This document shows, piece after piece, positions 34,291 to 43,372 of a stretch of 64,000 bases of DNA. The stretch spans positions 10,535 to 74,534 of the forward strand of contig JBEPZU010000001.1 in the NCBI GenBank assembly GCA_041640715.1, given 5' to 3'. Positions within the stretch are counted from its first letter, which is position 1, and each line of letters opens with the position of its first letter. Source of the DNA: Thermoproteota archaeon (GTDB lineage Archaea > Thermoproteota > Thermoprotei > Gearchaeales > Gearchaeaceae). The position numbers and the translations under genes are program-made. The notes beneath the pieces were generated by a model. That model made no database searches, was not told the DNA's origin, and saw only the letters and a program-made list of their open reading frames with translations.

Positions 34291-35244
34291 ATGGAAATAT
34301 ATAACTACGTAACTGTAGGGCTTTTATCTTATGATGAAATAATTAACGAAGGAAAAAGCTCAAAAATTTTCGGTGGTTCTGTTTTATATGCTTCAATACA
34401 AGCTTCTTTGCTTTCCAAAAAAGCTGCCATCATATCTGCTATAGGTTCAAATGAGCTGATCAGCTTCAAGGAATTACTAAAACATTATGGTCTTTCAGCA
34501 ATAGACCTCAAAGTGTATGAAGGTCCTACGCTTTCTTTCATCAATGAATATTATGAAGCAAATAAGAGAAGACAAAAAGTGAGGAACTTCAAGCCTCTAA
34601 AGATCGATCTTAAATCTTTAAGTTATTTCGAAACAGGATGCTTACATCTAGGTCCAATATTAGACGAGCTTGACTTGCATTCTTTAGAAGAGGTCGAATT
34701 AAACAGCGATTTAATAGTGTTAGATGCACAAGGTTTATGCAGAACTGTGGTAAACGAAGATGTTAAACCAAAGAACGTAGAAGATACTCATTTTTTAAGC
34801 AGCATAGATATACTTAAATGCAACCTCGAGGAGCTTTTCTTAATATCAAAATGTAAGGACGTCGAAGAAGCTTCTCTTAAAATCCTAGAAAAAGGATGTA
34901 AGATTCTTGTAACTACCTTGGGAGAGAAGGGCAGTTTCGTGTTTTCCAAAGAAGGTTTGTTCTATTTTCCTCCTTACAAACCCAATAAAGTAGTTGATCC
35001 TACTGGTGCAGGTGATGTCTTTCTTTCTTCTTTCTCGATAAGTTTTATAGATACTAAAGAATTGAGGTTTGCAGGTCTATTCGCTTCTTCAGCATCATCG
35101 TTTGCAGTAGAAGGATTAGGCTTTTCCTCTTTAGCGAATAAAAAGACTATATTGGAAAGAATAGAAGAGCAGCGGATCAAAGAAATGAAGATGAATTTCA
35201 AGGAATTGAAAGGTATCTTGAATAAGGGTTTGGTTAATCAATAA
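34291..35244 (+). CDS. PfkB-family carbohydrate/nucleoside kinase
   Basis: 317 aa; C-terminal DPTGAGD motif of the ribokinase superfamily. Confidence 0.7.
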   Translation: MEIYNYVTVGLLSYDEIINEGKSSKIFGGSVLYASIQASLLSKKAAIISAIGSNELISFKELLKHYGLSAIDLKVYEGPTLSFINEYYEANKRRQKVRNFKPLKIDLKSLSYFETGCLHLGPILDELDLHSLEEVELNSDLIVLDAQGLCRTVVNEDVKPKNVEDTHFLSSIDILKCNLEELFLISKCKDVEEASLKILEKGCKILVTTLGEKGSFVFSKEGLFYFPPYKPNKVVDPTGAGDVFLSSFSISFIDTKELRFAGLFASSASSFAVEGLGFSSLANKKTILERIEEQRIKEMKMNFKELKGILNKGLVNQ

Positions 35245-35252
35245 TTTCTTAA

Positions 35253-35326
35253 TGGGCCGGCCCGGATTTGAACCGGGGACCTTCGCCTCGTAAGGGCGAC
35301 ATCCTACCAGTCTAGACTACCGGCCC
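35253..35326 (-). tRNA. tRNA-Val (anticodon UAC)
   Basis: Reverse complement GGGCCGGTAGTCTAGACTGGTAGGATGTCGCCCTTACGAGGCGAAGGTCCCCGGTTCAAATCCGGGCCGGCCC; anticodon loop CTTACGA. Confidence 0.85.
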
Positions 35327-35848
35327 TTTCTCTGCTTCTCTTATTATATTTTCTATTTCTTGAATTTTCTTTTTTAATTTATTTATAATATGGGTATTAT
35401 CCTTAATTTCTAAAACAGAGTTACAACCTTCTATATTGCATATATAATTGTTTGTAATAGCTTCGCTTTCGAGCATTCTTATCTTATGTACAGGGCATTC
35501 GTAAAAAGTATTTTCTTCTTCGTATTTTAATCTCTGTTTAAGCTTTTTAAGTGTATTTTTAAGTCTATCAAGGATTACTTCATTGAGTTTATTCAACTTG
35601 AAGGTAGCATTATAAATATACCAACCTGATTTCTCATCCCTTTCCTTAATGAAATCTACCAATCCTAGATTGAAAAGATCATAAAGAATTTTTCTTACAA
35701 CTGTGATTTTAAGATCAGATTGCTTTGCTAACCATTCTTCGCTTACAGCCTCCTTTTCTAGCATGTAAGAAACTACGATAGCAGCCTCACGTCTTAAAAG
35801 CATAGAAATCGCCTTAAGTATGTATTCCTTTTCTTCTTTTGTTACCAT
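35312..35848 (-). CDS. tfe: transcription factor E (TFIIE-alpha homolog)
   Basis: 178 aa; winged helix plus Zn-ribbon (YECPVHKIRM..CNIEGC); its last 15 nt overlap the 5' end of tRNA-Val on the same strand. Confidence 0.8.
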   Translation of the reverse strand: MVTKEEKEYILKAISMLLRREAAIVVSYMLEKEAVSEEWLAKQSDLKITVVRKILYDLFNLGLVDFIKERDEKSGWYIYNATFKLNKLNEVILDRLKNTLKKLKQRLKYEEENTFYECPVHKIRMLESEAITNNYICNIEGCNSVLEIKDNTHIINKLKKKIQEIENIIREAEKGPVV

Positions 35849-35873
35849 ATTGTTTTTTTAAATCAACCTATAA

Positions 35874-36359
35874 TTATTCTATATCGATATCTACGATATC
35901 TCCTAGTGTCAATTCTGATTTGGCCGTTTTATTCAGCTTTTTTTCTTCTAAATTAACTTGTTCGAGAAGGTTAATCTTTAAAGTTTTCTCCAGCTTCTTT
36001 GCCACCTCTATAGTAGGTTTCATCTTTCCTCCTTCTATCTTTTTCACAAGCGAAAGTTTTTCACCTATGATTGAAGCGAGCATATCCTGAGTCAATCCCA
36101 TATTCTCTCTAGCCTTTTTTATCACTTGAGCAAAATCTTCTCTAATTTCAAGTTCGATTTCTTTAGCAATCGAAGGTTTATTCGATTCCTTTTTAACTTG
36201 GGGTACAATTTTTCTTAGGGTCGGCTTAGTTGGAGTTTTTACTTGAATTACTTTACCTAGTACCTTACAATCTTCACATACCTTCATATATCTCCTTCCA
36301 ATTTCGATTACAAAAGTATTTGTTACGGGTTTACCACAGATTTCGCAATACACTTCCAA
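35874..36359 (-). CDS. mbf1: multiprotein bridging factor 1 (aMBF1; Zn-ribbon plus HTH)
   Basis: 161 aa; N-terminal CEICG..CEDC ribbon; XRE-type HTH (MGLTQDMLASIIGEKLSLVKKIE). Confidence 0.8.
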   Translation of the reverse strand: MEVYCEICGKPVTNTFVIEIGRRYMKVCEDCKVLGKVIQVKTPTKPTLRKIVPQVKKESNKPSIAKEIELEIREDFAQVIKKARENMGLTQDMLASIIGEKLSLVKKIEGGKMKPTIEVAKKLEKTLKINLLEQVNLEEKKLNKTAKSELTLGDIVDIDIE

Positions 36360-36394
36360 AAATCATTAATATGATATTTATCTTTTTATAATGT

Positions 36395-36877
36395 GTGAGT
36401 TTAAATCCATATATTGCCTTGAGGAATTTGGCTAGATATCAATTTGGCATAGAAGCAGGAGATGCCTTATTCAGGCATGATCTGATCAATAGTATGAAAA
36501 TCAAGTATTCTAGGAATACAGGACGAATTCGCTATGTATTCTTAATGGATAAGCCCTATCTTTCAGTTAGGACTTCAGACGGTTTTCTAACACTTTCTAT
36601 TCCAGCAGCTAAGGTATTACTTGAATCTTTAAATTCTTCCGAATTTTTCGTAACTGTATACAATCAATTCGTTAATTATATTTATAGCAAAAAGGAAGTC
36701 TTGACTAAACACATCAAGAGCGCAGATCCTAAATTAAAAAGTGGTTGCGAAGTGGTTGTGATAGACGAAGATAGAAGACTAATAGGTGTAGGTAGAGCCA
36801 TGTTAAACGGTGATGAAATGTTAGAAATTAAAAGAGGTATAGGTATTAAATTGCGTAAAGTGGTTAGAAATGTTTAG
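36395..36877 (+). CDS. PUA-domain RNA-binding protein (COG1370-like)
   Basis: 160 aa; C-terminal PUA-like CEVVVIDEDRRLIGVGRAM. Confidence 0.55.
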   Translation: MSLNPYIALRNLARYQFGIEAGDALFRHDLINSMKIKYSRNTGRIRYVFLMDKPYLSVRTSDGFLTLSIPAAKVLLESLNSSEFFVTVYNQFVNYIYSKKEVLTKHIKSADPKLKSGCEVVVIDEDRRLIGVGRAMLNGDEMLEIKRGIGIKLRKVVRNV

Positions 36878-37223
36878 AAAATCTCTCAATAGGGAAACTA
36901 TTAGGATGTTACAGAGAATGGGTGTTACTTTCGAAAACATCGAAGGTGTTGAAGAGGTTCATCTTAAATTTAAGGATAAGACAATAATACTCAAGAATCC
37001 TGAGGTCATGATAACTAAGGTTGGTGGTCAAAAATTATATCAAATTTCGTCTTCTGAAGAAATAGAGGAGAAACATCTACCAAGCTATGAACCTAATGAG
37101 GAAGACATTCAGTTAGTAATGCAGCAGACCAATGCGAGTAGAGAAGAAGCAATAACTGCTCTTAAGGAAACTGAAGGAGATATAGCCGCAGCTATATTGT
37201 TAGTGAAAGCTAGGAAAAGTTGA
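36870..37223 (+). CDS. nac: nascent polypeptide-associated complex protein (NAC alpha, UBA domain)
   Basis: 117 aa; NAC domain plus C-terminal UBA (EEDIQLVMQQTNASREEAITALKETEGDIAAAI). Confidence 0.85.
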   Translation: MFRKSLNRETIRMLQRMGVTFENIEGVEEVHLKFKDKTIILKNPEVMITKVGGQKLYQISSSEEIEEKHLPSYEPNEEDIQLVMQQTNASREEAITALKETEGDIAAAILLVKARKS

Positions 37224-37750
37224 AGTTCTTCTACTTAGAGAATTATGGCTCTTGGATAGGTATTTCTTCTTTTGCATTCAAAGAAGTCGATCAAAAAGAA
37301 ATACTGGCTTATGTGGATAATTTAAAGAAAAAATTTGAGTTATTCCAAATCATAGATGCAGATAAAGTCTGTTCTATCATTCAAATACTAAGTAGCGTAC
37401 ATAGGACTTATAGGGCTTTTTCTTCTTCCCAAAACATAGCTAAGGATTTTTCTATAGAGTTTTTGATAAGGTTAAGCGGTAAAAGGCAGATCGTCGATGC
37501 GATAAAAATGCTAGGCATAAAAGAGGATACAAAAAATGGCGTAGTAATATGTGCTGGTAAAAATTTGGAAGAAATAAAAAATATTATAACATATATTTTA
37601 GATAAATTTTCGCGCGAAGAAAATGAAAATTTTATAGAAATTTATAGTAAAGAAAAAGAAGAAATTTTAAGAAAGACTTATGAATTAAGAAGTCCTTTTA
37701 TTATTAAAGAAATATTAATGAAAATTTCTTTAATAGAATTTCAAATATAA
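37220..37750 (+). CDS. cgi121: KEOPS complex subunit Cgi121
   Basis: 176 aa; pattern FQIIDADKV..LSGKRQIVDAIKMLG resembles archaeal Cgi121. Confidence 0.6.
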   Translation: MKFFYLENYGSWIGISSFAFKEVDQKEILAYVDNLKKKFELFQIIDADKVCSIIQILSSVHRTYRAFSSSQNIAKDFSIEFLIRLSGKRQIVDAIKMLGIKEDTKNGVVICAGKNLEEIKNIITYILDKFSREENENFIEIYSKEKEEILRKTYELRSPFIIKEILMKISLIEFQI

Positions 37751-38290
37751 TTATGAAACTAATTCTTTAATAGCTTTTTGTCTAATTTTATGTAAAAAGA
37801 AAATTTGTTCCCTTTTAATTACAGAAATACCTGCGTATTCACTTAATATTTCTATTAGAATAATATAATCGAAGTTTTCAAGGTCCACCTTTCTGTTAAT
37901 ACGAGAGGCTATCCTCTCAATAAGTTCTTTAGTAGATATTTGTGCATTTCGTCTTGTAATGCTGATTCTATATTTGTATCCTTCTTCGATTTTGCTTGCT
38001 AGACTAATAGCAGCGGCTATTATTTCTTCTCGATCTAGCTTAACGATGGTTTCTATCGGTATAGCTTTCAAAATATAACGAATACTCCAAACTTTTTCAG
38101 AAGCGAATTTTATCAATTCCTCAACAGCTTTGACAGGTTCAAAGTTGGTCTTTAATAAGACGAGACCAGGCATATTGAACTTTAATACTTCGAATTCATT
38201 ATATCCTAGTCTAGATAAAATATACCATGCTTCTTGAGCGCAATCATCCTCCCTACCCTTGTAGGTGGTCAATAGTATACCTTTAGCCAT
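37751..38290 (-). CDS. THUMP-domain RNA-binding protein (putative tRNA modification)
   Basis: 179 aa; N-terminal ferredoxin-like plus THUMP-like region; weak by-eye assignment. Confidence 0.4.
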   Translation of the reverse strand: MAKGILLTTYKGREDDCAQEAWYILSRLGYNEFEVLKFNMPGLVLLKTNFEPVKAVEELIKFASEKVWSIRYILKAIPIETIVKLDREEIIAAAISLASKIEEGYKYRISITRRNAQISTKELIERIASRINRKVDLENFDYIILIEILSEYAGISVIKREQIFFLHKIRQKAIKELVS

Positions 38291-38615
38291 GATTTATTAT
38301 GAGGATCGCCCGACTATTTTTAAATTTGTTAATTAAATTTCTTTTGTTTTTGAATCTAGTTTTAGAGCAATACAAAGGGCCTTTATAGAGGTTAAGCAAT
38401 ACCTTTATGACCAAATTATTTAAGAGTTCAGTTTTTGTAGTTTTAGTCTTAGAAATCTCTGTGTATTTGCCTTTCAAAATCGATGGATTAGTGCTACATA
38501 AAAAAAATTTTCCTTGATGTTCTAAAACCATTTCCAATCCTTCCCATCTTTCTATCAAGGAGAAAAATTCATTCAAACTTGATTCGTTTATTTCTTCCAT
38601 CCAAAGCAGTATCAT
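38283..38615 (-). CDS. hypothetical protein
   Basis: 110 aa ORF overlapping the THUMP gene start by 8 nt (likely co-transcribed); no recognisable motif. Confidence 0.35.
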   Translation of the reverse strand: MILLWMEEINESSLNEFFSLIERWEGLEMVLEHQGKFFLCSTNPSILKGKYTEISKTKTTKTELLNNLVIKVLLNLYKGPLYCSKTRFKNKRNLINKFKNSRAILIINHG

Positions 38616-38652
38616 ATCATCATGTTTTTAAAGAAGTTAGTTTATAAATATC

Positions 38653-38739
38653 CATGGCTGAGGAAGAAGGTTTCGAGGAATTTGAAGAACTAGAAGAGTT
38701 TGAAGAATTCGAGGAATTCGAGGAAATAGAAGAGTTTTA
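38653..38739 (+). repeat. seven tandem 9-bp repeats (GARGAAWTY), in frame as a 28-aa poly-EEF micro-ORF
   Basis: gaggaattt gaagaacta gaagagttt gaagaattc gaggaattc gaggaaata gaagagttt; ATG at 38653, stop at 38737-38739. Confidence 0.5.
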
Positions 38740-38790
38740 AAAAATTTTTTAGGTGAGTTTTTAAGTAAGTTTATTTATTAAATTGGATAC

Positions 38791-39045
38791 ATGCAATTCT
38801 GTCCAAAATGCAATAACTTAATGATTCCTAAGAAGACTGAAAAAGGGATAAAGTTGGTATGTATAAAGTGCGGTTATTCAAAAAAAGTCAAAAAAATTGA
38901 TATGAAGCTCGTCATAAAAACTTCTACGAGAAAAAGCAAGGAAATTGCCTTATCTACACCTGAAGAGATAAAAGCGCGTGAAGAAGAAAAACTATTATTA
39001 GAAGAGTTATATAAAGATGCTTTAGAGTACTTTGAAACAGATTAG
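38791..39045 (+). CDS. Zn-ribbon protein resembling the N-terminal domain of TFS/RpoM (no C-terminal catalytic ribbon)
   Basis: 84 aa; FCPKCNNLM..CIKCGY ribbon followed by a helical acidic tail; overlaps the abcE1 start. Confidence 0.5.
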   Translation: MQFCPKCNNLMIPKKTEKGIKLVCIKCGYSKKVKKIDMKLVIKTSTRKSKEIALSTPEEIKAREEEKLLLEELYKDALEYFETD

Positions 39046-40837
39046 CGCAATAAGGATAGCGATAGTAGATAGAGATTATTGCAAGTCTGATAAATGCAAC
39101 TTTGAGTGTAATAGATTTTGCCCTATAGTAAGAGCAGGTAAAAATATCGTAGTACTAGATGATCAAGGCAAGGCTGTAATAGATGAAATAGGTTGCATAG
39201 GTTGCGGAATTTGTGCTGAAAAGTGTCCTTTTCACGCAATAGATATAATAAATCTTGCTACAGAACCCAACGTGCCTTGCGTTCACCAATATGGTCCCAA
39301 TGCTTTTAGACTTTACGGCCTGCCTGTAATAAGGTATGGTAAAGCTACGGGAATGATAGGTATGAACGGTGCAGGCAAGTCCACCGCTATAAATATCTTA
39401 GCTAAAAAACTTTATCCAAATCTGGGTTATTTAGATAAAAGGCCTGAATTTGAAGAGATCATAGCTAAATTCAAAGGGAGTGAGATTCATAGATACTTGA
39501 AAGATCTTTATGATAATAAGATTAGGGTTGCGCTTAAGCCACAGGATATACATGAAATTCCTCTACTCCTTAAAGGAACTGTAAGAGAATTACTCAAATT
39601 CGCGGAAAACAAAGAAATCTTAGAAATTATTAAAGAAACTCTTGGGATAACCAAATTCCTGGATAGAAAGATTTCTTTATTAAGCGGTGGAGAGTTACAA
39701 CTTTTCGCTATAACTTTCTCCCTTTCTAAAGAGGCGGATATCTATTTCTTAGACGAACCCTGTAGTTACCTAGATGTCCATCAAAGGCTTAAACTGACAA
39801 CACTTCTAGATCAGTTGTTGGAAAAAGGTAAGACTATGCTTTTAGTGGAGCATGATTTCTCAATCCTTGATTATTTGTGTGATACAGTATGCATAGTATA
39901 TGGTAAGCCTAAGGCTTATGGCATGATATCCTTACCTTATTCTACAAACGCAGGCATAAACGCCTATTTTGAGGGTTTTCTGCCCCATGAAAACGTTAGA
40001 ATAAGGAAGACTCCTATAAGATTTCAACTTAGAAAGTTGGAAAGAGTTTCCCAAGAATCTTACAAATATTTGGTTTGGTCTAACTTGAAGATAAAAATAG
40101 GAGATTTCTCGTTAAATGTAGAGGAAGGCTTTGCTAATAAAGGAGAAGTACTGGGAATATTAGGCCCCAATGGAATAGGTAAAACGACCTTTATTAAAGC
40201 CATTGTAGGTGAGATAAAGGATTTCGAAGGAGAAATATACACAACCGAAGAATCACCCAAATTGAGTTATAAACCCCAGGTATTCAGCTTTGAGGATGAG
40301 GGGAAGATGGTCAAAGATCATTTAATTTCGATCAATAAAGAATATGCTAAGAATGAATGGATTATCGATGAGATAATCAAGCCTTTAAGAATAGATCAAA
40401 TATTTGAAAGAAAGATTGAGGATCTCAGTGGAGGAGAAAAACAGGCGTTGATGGTTGCTTCAACGCTTCTCAAAGAAGCAGATATGTACGTTTTAGATGA
40501 GCCTAGTGCTTTTCTAGATGTTGAACAAAGATTGACGTTGGCTAAGTTGCTTAAGAAATACGCTCAGACTTTCAGGAAATTGGTCATGGTCGTAGAACAT
40601 GATCTAATAATACAAGATTTCGCTGTAGATTCCATAATGGTTTTTAAAGGGATACCTGCTTCAAGGGGATATGCTACTAGTCCTCTATCTTTGAAAGAGG
40701 GCTTTAATGTTTTTCTTAAGGATTTAGGAATAACTTTTAGGAGGGATAAGAGAACAAACAGGCCTAGAATAAACAAGCCTAATTCTAGTCTTGATAGGTA
40801 TCAAAAGGAAATAGGCGAATATTATTTCATAGAATAG
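39032..40837 (+). CDS. abcE1: ABCE1/RNase L inhibitor (ribosome recycling factor)
   Basis: 601 aa; N-terminal 4Fe-4S cluster domain (CIGCGICAEKCP) plus two ABC cassettes. Confidence 0.93.
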   Translation: MKQISAIRIAIVDRDYCKSDKCNFECNRFCPIVRAGKNIVVLDDQGKAVIDEIGCIGCGICAEKCPFHAIDIINLATEPNVPCVHQYGPNAFRLYGLPVIRYGKATGMIGMNGAGKSTAINILAKKLYPNLGYLDKRPEFEEIIAKFKGSEIHRYLKDLYDNKIRVALKPQDIHEIPLLLKGTVRELLKFAENKEILEIIKETLGITKFLDRKISLLSGGELQLFAITFSLSKEADIYFLDEPCSYLDVHQRLKLTTLLDQLLEKGKTMLLVEHDFSILDYLCDTVCIVYGKPKAYGMISLPYSTNAGINAYFEGFLPHENVRIRKTPIRFQLRKLERVSQESYKYLVWSNLKIKIGDFSLNVEEGFANKGEVLGILGPNGIGKTTFIKAIVGEIKDFEGEIYTTEESPKLSYKPQVFSFEDEGKMVKDHLISINKEYAKNEWIIDEIIKPLRIDQIFERKIEDLSGGEKQALMVASTLLKEADMYVLDEPSAFLDVEQRLTLAKLLKKYAQTFRKLVMVVEHDLIIQDFAVDSIMVFKGIPASRGYATSPLSLKEGFNVFLKDLGITFRRDKRTNRPRINKPNSSLDRYQKEIGEYYFIE

Positions 40838-40878
40838 CTTTTTAATACATTTAAATTGCTAGCGGTACTTTATTTAAC

Positions 40879-41982
40879 ATGGCTAAAGTAACTATAAGCT
40901 TAATTAAGGCAGATGTAGGTTCTATAGCAGGCCACCATAAAGTTATCTCTGAACAAATAGAGTACGCCAAAAAAATGTTATCGAAAGCTAAGGAAGACGG
41001 TCTTTTAATAGATTTCTACGTATTCAATGCGGGCGATGATTTGGAATTGTTGATGACGCACAGAAAGGGGGTTGATAACCAAGAAATACACGGTTTAGCT
41101 TGGAATGTCTTCAAAGAAGTTACTGAACAAGTTTCCAATAAATATAAGCTTTATGCTGCTGGTCAGGATTTACTTACCGAGGCGTTTTCTGGAAATGTGA
41201 GAGGACTAGGACCAGGAGTTGCTGAGATGGAAATAGAGGAAAGACCTAGCGAACCTATAATAGTTTTTGCAGCAGATAAAACAGAGCCGGGTGCATGGAA
41301 CTTGCCTTTATATAGAGTGTTTGCTGATCCTTTCTGCACTCCTGGATTGGTAATCGATCCTTCTATGCATGAAGGTTTCATCTTCGAGGTAATGGATCTG
41401 TTGCATGGTAAAGTAATATCATTGAATACTCCTGAACAATCTTATGATTTGTTAGGCCTAATAGGTACTCCAGGAAGGTTTGTTATATATAGAGTCAAGA
41501 GGAAAGATGGTCTATTAGCAGCAGTGGCTAGTACTAGTAGACTTTCCTTGATAGCAGGAAGATATGTAGGGAAGGATGATCCTGTCTGTATTGTAAGGGC
41601 TCAGAGAGGTCTTCCTGCTGTAGGAGAATATCTTGAAGCTTTCTCTTATCCATATCTTGTGGCCGGATGGATGAGGGGTAGCCATGTAGGTCCTCTAATG
41701 CCTGTATCATTAAAGGATTCAAGGGTTAGTAGGTTTGATGGTCCTCCTAGAGTAGTAGCATTGGGCTTTCAATTGTATGAGGGGAATCTTCTAGGTCCCG
41801 CTGATTTATTCGAGGATGTTGCCTTTGATGCGGTAAGGCAAAAAGCTTCAGAAATAGCAGAATACATAAGGAGACACGGGCCTTTCATGCCTCATAGATT
41901 GGGTCCTGAGGAGATGGAATATACTACTTTACCTCAAATATTGAAGAAACTTGAGAAACTCTTCGTCGAACCGCACGCGTGA
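40879..41982 (+). CDS. fbp: fructose-1,6-bisphosphate aldolase/phosphatase (class V FBPase)
   Basis: 367 aa; N-terminal ISLIKADVGSIAGHH resembles the archaeal bifunctional FBP aldolase/phosphatase. Confidence 0.85.
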   Translation: MAKVTISLIKADVGSIAGHHKVISEQIEYAKKMLSKAKEDGLLIDFYVFNAGDDLELLMTHRKGVDNQEIHGLAWNVFKEVTEQVSNKYKLYAAGQDLLTEAFSGNVRGLGPGVAEMEIEERPSEPIIVFAADKTEPGAWNLPLYRVFADPFCTPGLVIDPSMHEGFIFEVMDLLHGKVISLNTPEQSYDLLGLIGTPGRFVIYRVKRKDGLLAAVASTSRLSLIAGRYVGKDDPVCIVRAQRGLPAVGEYLEAFSYPYLVAGWMRGSHVGPLMPVSLKDSRVSRFDGPPRVVALGFQLYEGNLLGPADLFEDVAFDAVRQKASEIAEYIRRHGPFMPHRLGPEEMEYTTLPQILKKLEKLFVEPHA

Positions 41983-42671
41983 GTTCTAATGTTATAAGAT
42001 TTCCTCTTTTTCTAATCAATTTCAAAAGTTATGAAGAAGTATTAGGGGATTCTTCAATAAGATTAGCTGCTATTGCAAAGAAAATAGCCGAAGATGAAGA
42101 TATTGAAATAGCGGTTGCTCCCTTACCCACAGAAATTAGAGAAACTTCGAAATTCATCAAGACTTTCGCTCAATCAGCTGACCCTATAAATCCGGGTAGC
42201 TATACGGGTCATATTCCTCTTGAAGCTATAAAACTTGCAGGAGCTGTAGGTGTGATAATAAATCATTCTGAAAAAAGGCTTAATTTAGAGGGTATCAAGT
42301 TTCTCGTGGAGAAATGCAGAAAGCTCTCTTTGTTTTCTTTGGTTTGCGGCGTAAGTGCAAGAGAGTGTTATGAGTTAGCTAAGTTTAACCCTGATGCTAT
42401 AGCTATAGAACCTCCTGAACTTATAGGAACAGGGAGATCTGTTTCTAAGTACAAACCAGAAAGCGTTTCTCAAACGGTAAAATTGGTCAAATCCCTTAAT
42501 AGTTCAATACGTGTTTTATGTGGCGCAGGAATAACTAACGGAGAAGATGTTATCGAAGCTCTTAAGCTAGGCGCCGAAGGCATTCTCGTTTCTTCAAGCA
42601 TTGTCAAGGCAAAGAATCCTGAAGATAAAATTAAGGAGATGGCTTTGGTTCTTAAGAAATTTTTTCAGTGA
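41979..42671 (+). CDS. tpiA: triosephosphate isomerase (archaeal short form)
   Basis: 230 aa; LINFKSY, IINHSEKR, AIEPPELIGTG. Confidence 0.9.
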   Translation: MSSNVIRFPLFLINFKSYEEVLGDSSIRLAAIAKKIAEDEDIEIAVAPLPTEIRETSKFIKTFAQSADPINPGSYTGHIPLEAIKLAGAVGVIINHSEKRLNLEGIKFLVEKCRKLSLFSLVCGVSARECYELAKFNPDAIAIEPPELIGTGRSVSKYKPESVSQTVKLVKSLNSSIRVLCGAGITNGEDVIEALKLGAEGILVSSSIVKAKNPEDKIKEMALVLKKFFQ

Positions 42672-43372
42672 CCCTATTCAAGATAGGAACTAGCGGTTAT
42701 AATTATTTTTGGAATGAAGGTAAACCTAGTCAGTTTAAATGGTATTTGAAACAAAATTTCAATACAGTAGAGATAAATGCAACTTTTTATTCATTTCCTT
42801 ATAAGAGCTGGATTAAGAGTTGGTCTGAGGCTCCAGATTACTTTGATTTTTCAATAAAAGTCAATAGGATAATAACTCACTATGCTAAACTTAGCGAGAA
42901 ATCAATTGAAATTTTTAAAAGATTTAAGTCGTATTTCAAGCCTATCGAGCATAAAATAGCTTTTTGGCTTTTCCAAATGTCCCCTTCCTTTGAATTCAAT
43001 AATACTAGTTTATCTAAGATAAGGAATTTCTTTTCTTCATTAGAAACAAAAGCAGTTATAGAATTCAGAGAGCCGAGTTGGTGGCGCGAAGAAGTTTTTG
43101 AAATGCTTCAAGAAATAGGTCTCGTATTTTGTTCAATAGACTCTCCTGATCTTCCTAGAGATATAATAAAGAGCAATGAGATTGTTTATCTTAGACTCCA
43201 TGGAAGGGAAGAATGGTATAGTTATGAATACAAAAAAGAAGAACTCGATGAGATTCTTTCTAGAATAGTTGAACTATCTCCTAAAGTTTGTCGTATTTAT
43301 TTAAATAACGATCATGGGATGTTGCCTAATGGTAAATACTTACTAGAAAAAACGATGAAAATTCAAGGTTAG
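42668..43372 (+). CDS. DUF72-family protein
   Basis: 234 aa; IGTSGYNY..W..FY and VEINATFY match DUF72. Confidence 0.6.
   Translation: MTLFKIGTSGYNYFWNEGKPSQFKWYLKQNFNTVEINATFYSFPYKSWIKSWSEAPDYFDFSIKVNRIITHYAKLSEKSIEIFKRFKSYFKPIEHKIAFWLFQMSPSFEFNNTSLSKIRNFFSSLETKAVIEFREPSWWREEVFEMLQEIGLVFCSIDSPDLPRDIIKSNEIVYLRLHGREEWYSYEYKKEELDEILSRIVELSPKVCRIYLNNDHGMLPNGKYLLEKTMKIQG

Noticed and set aside
38653-38739. Poly-EEF micro-ORF as a confident protein-coding gene
   Set aside because: The promoter geometry does not support transcription from upstream of its ATG, and the sequence is a DNA-level 9-bp tandem repeat; reported as a repeat with coding potential only.
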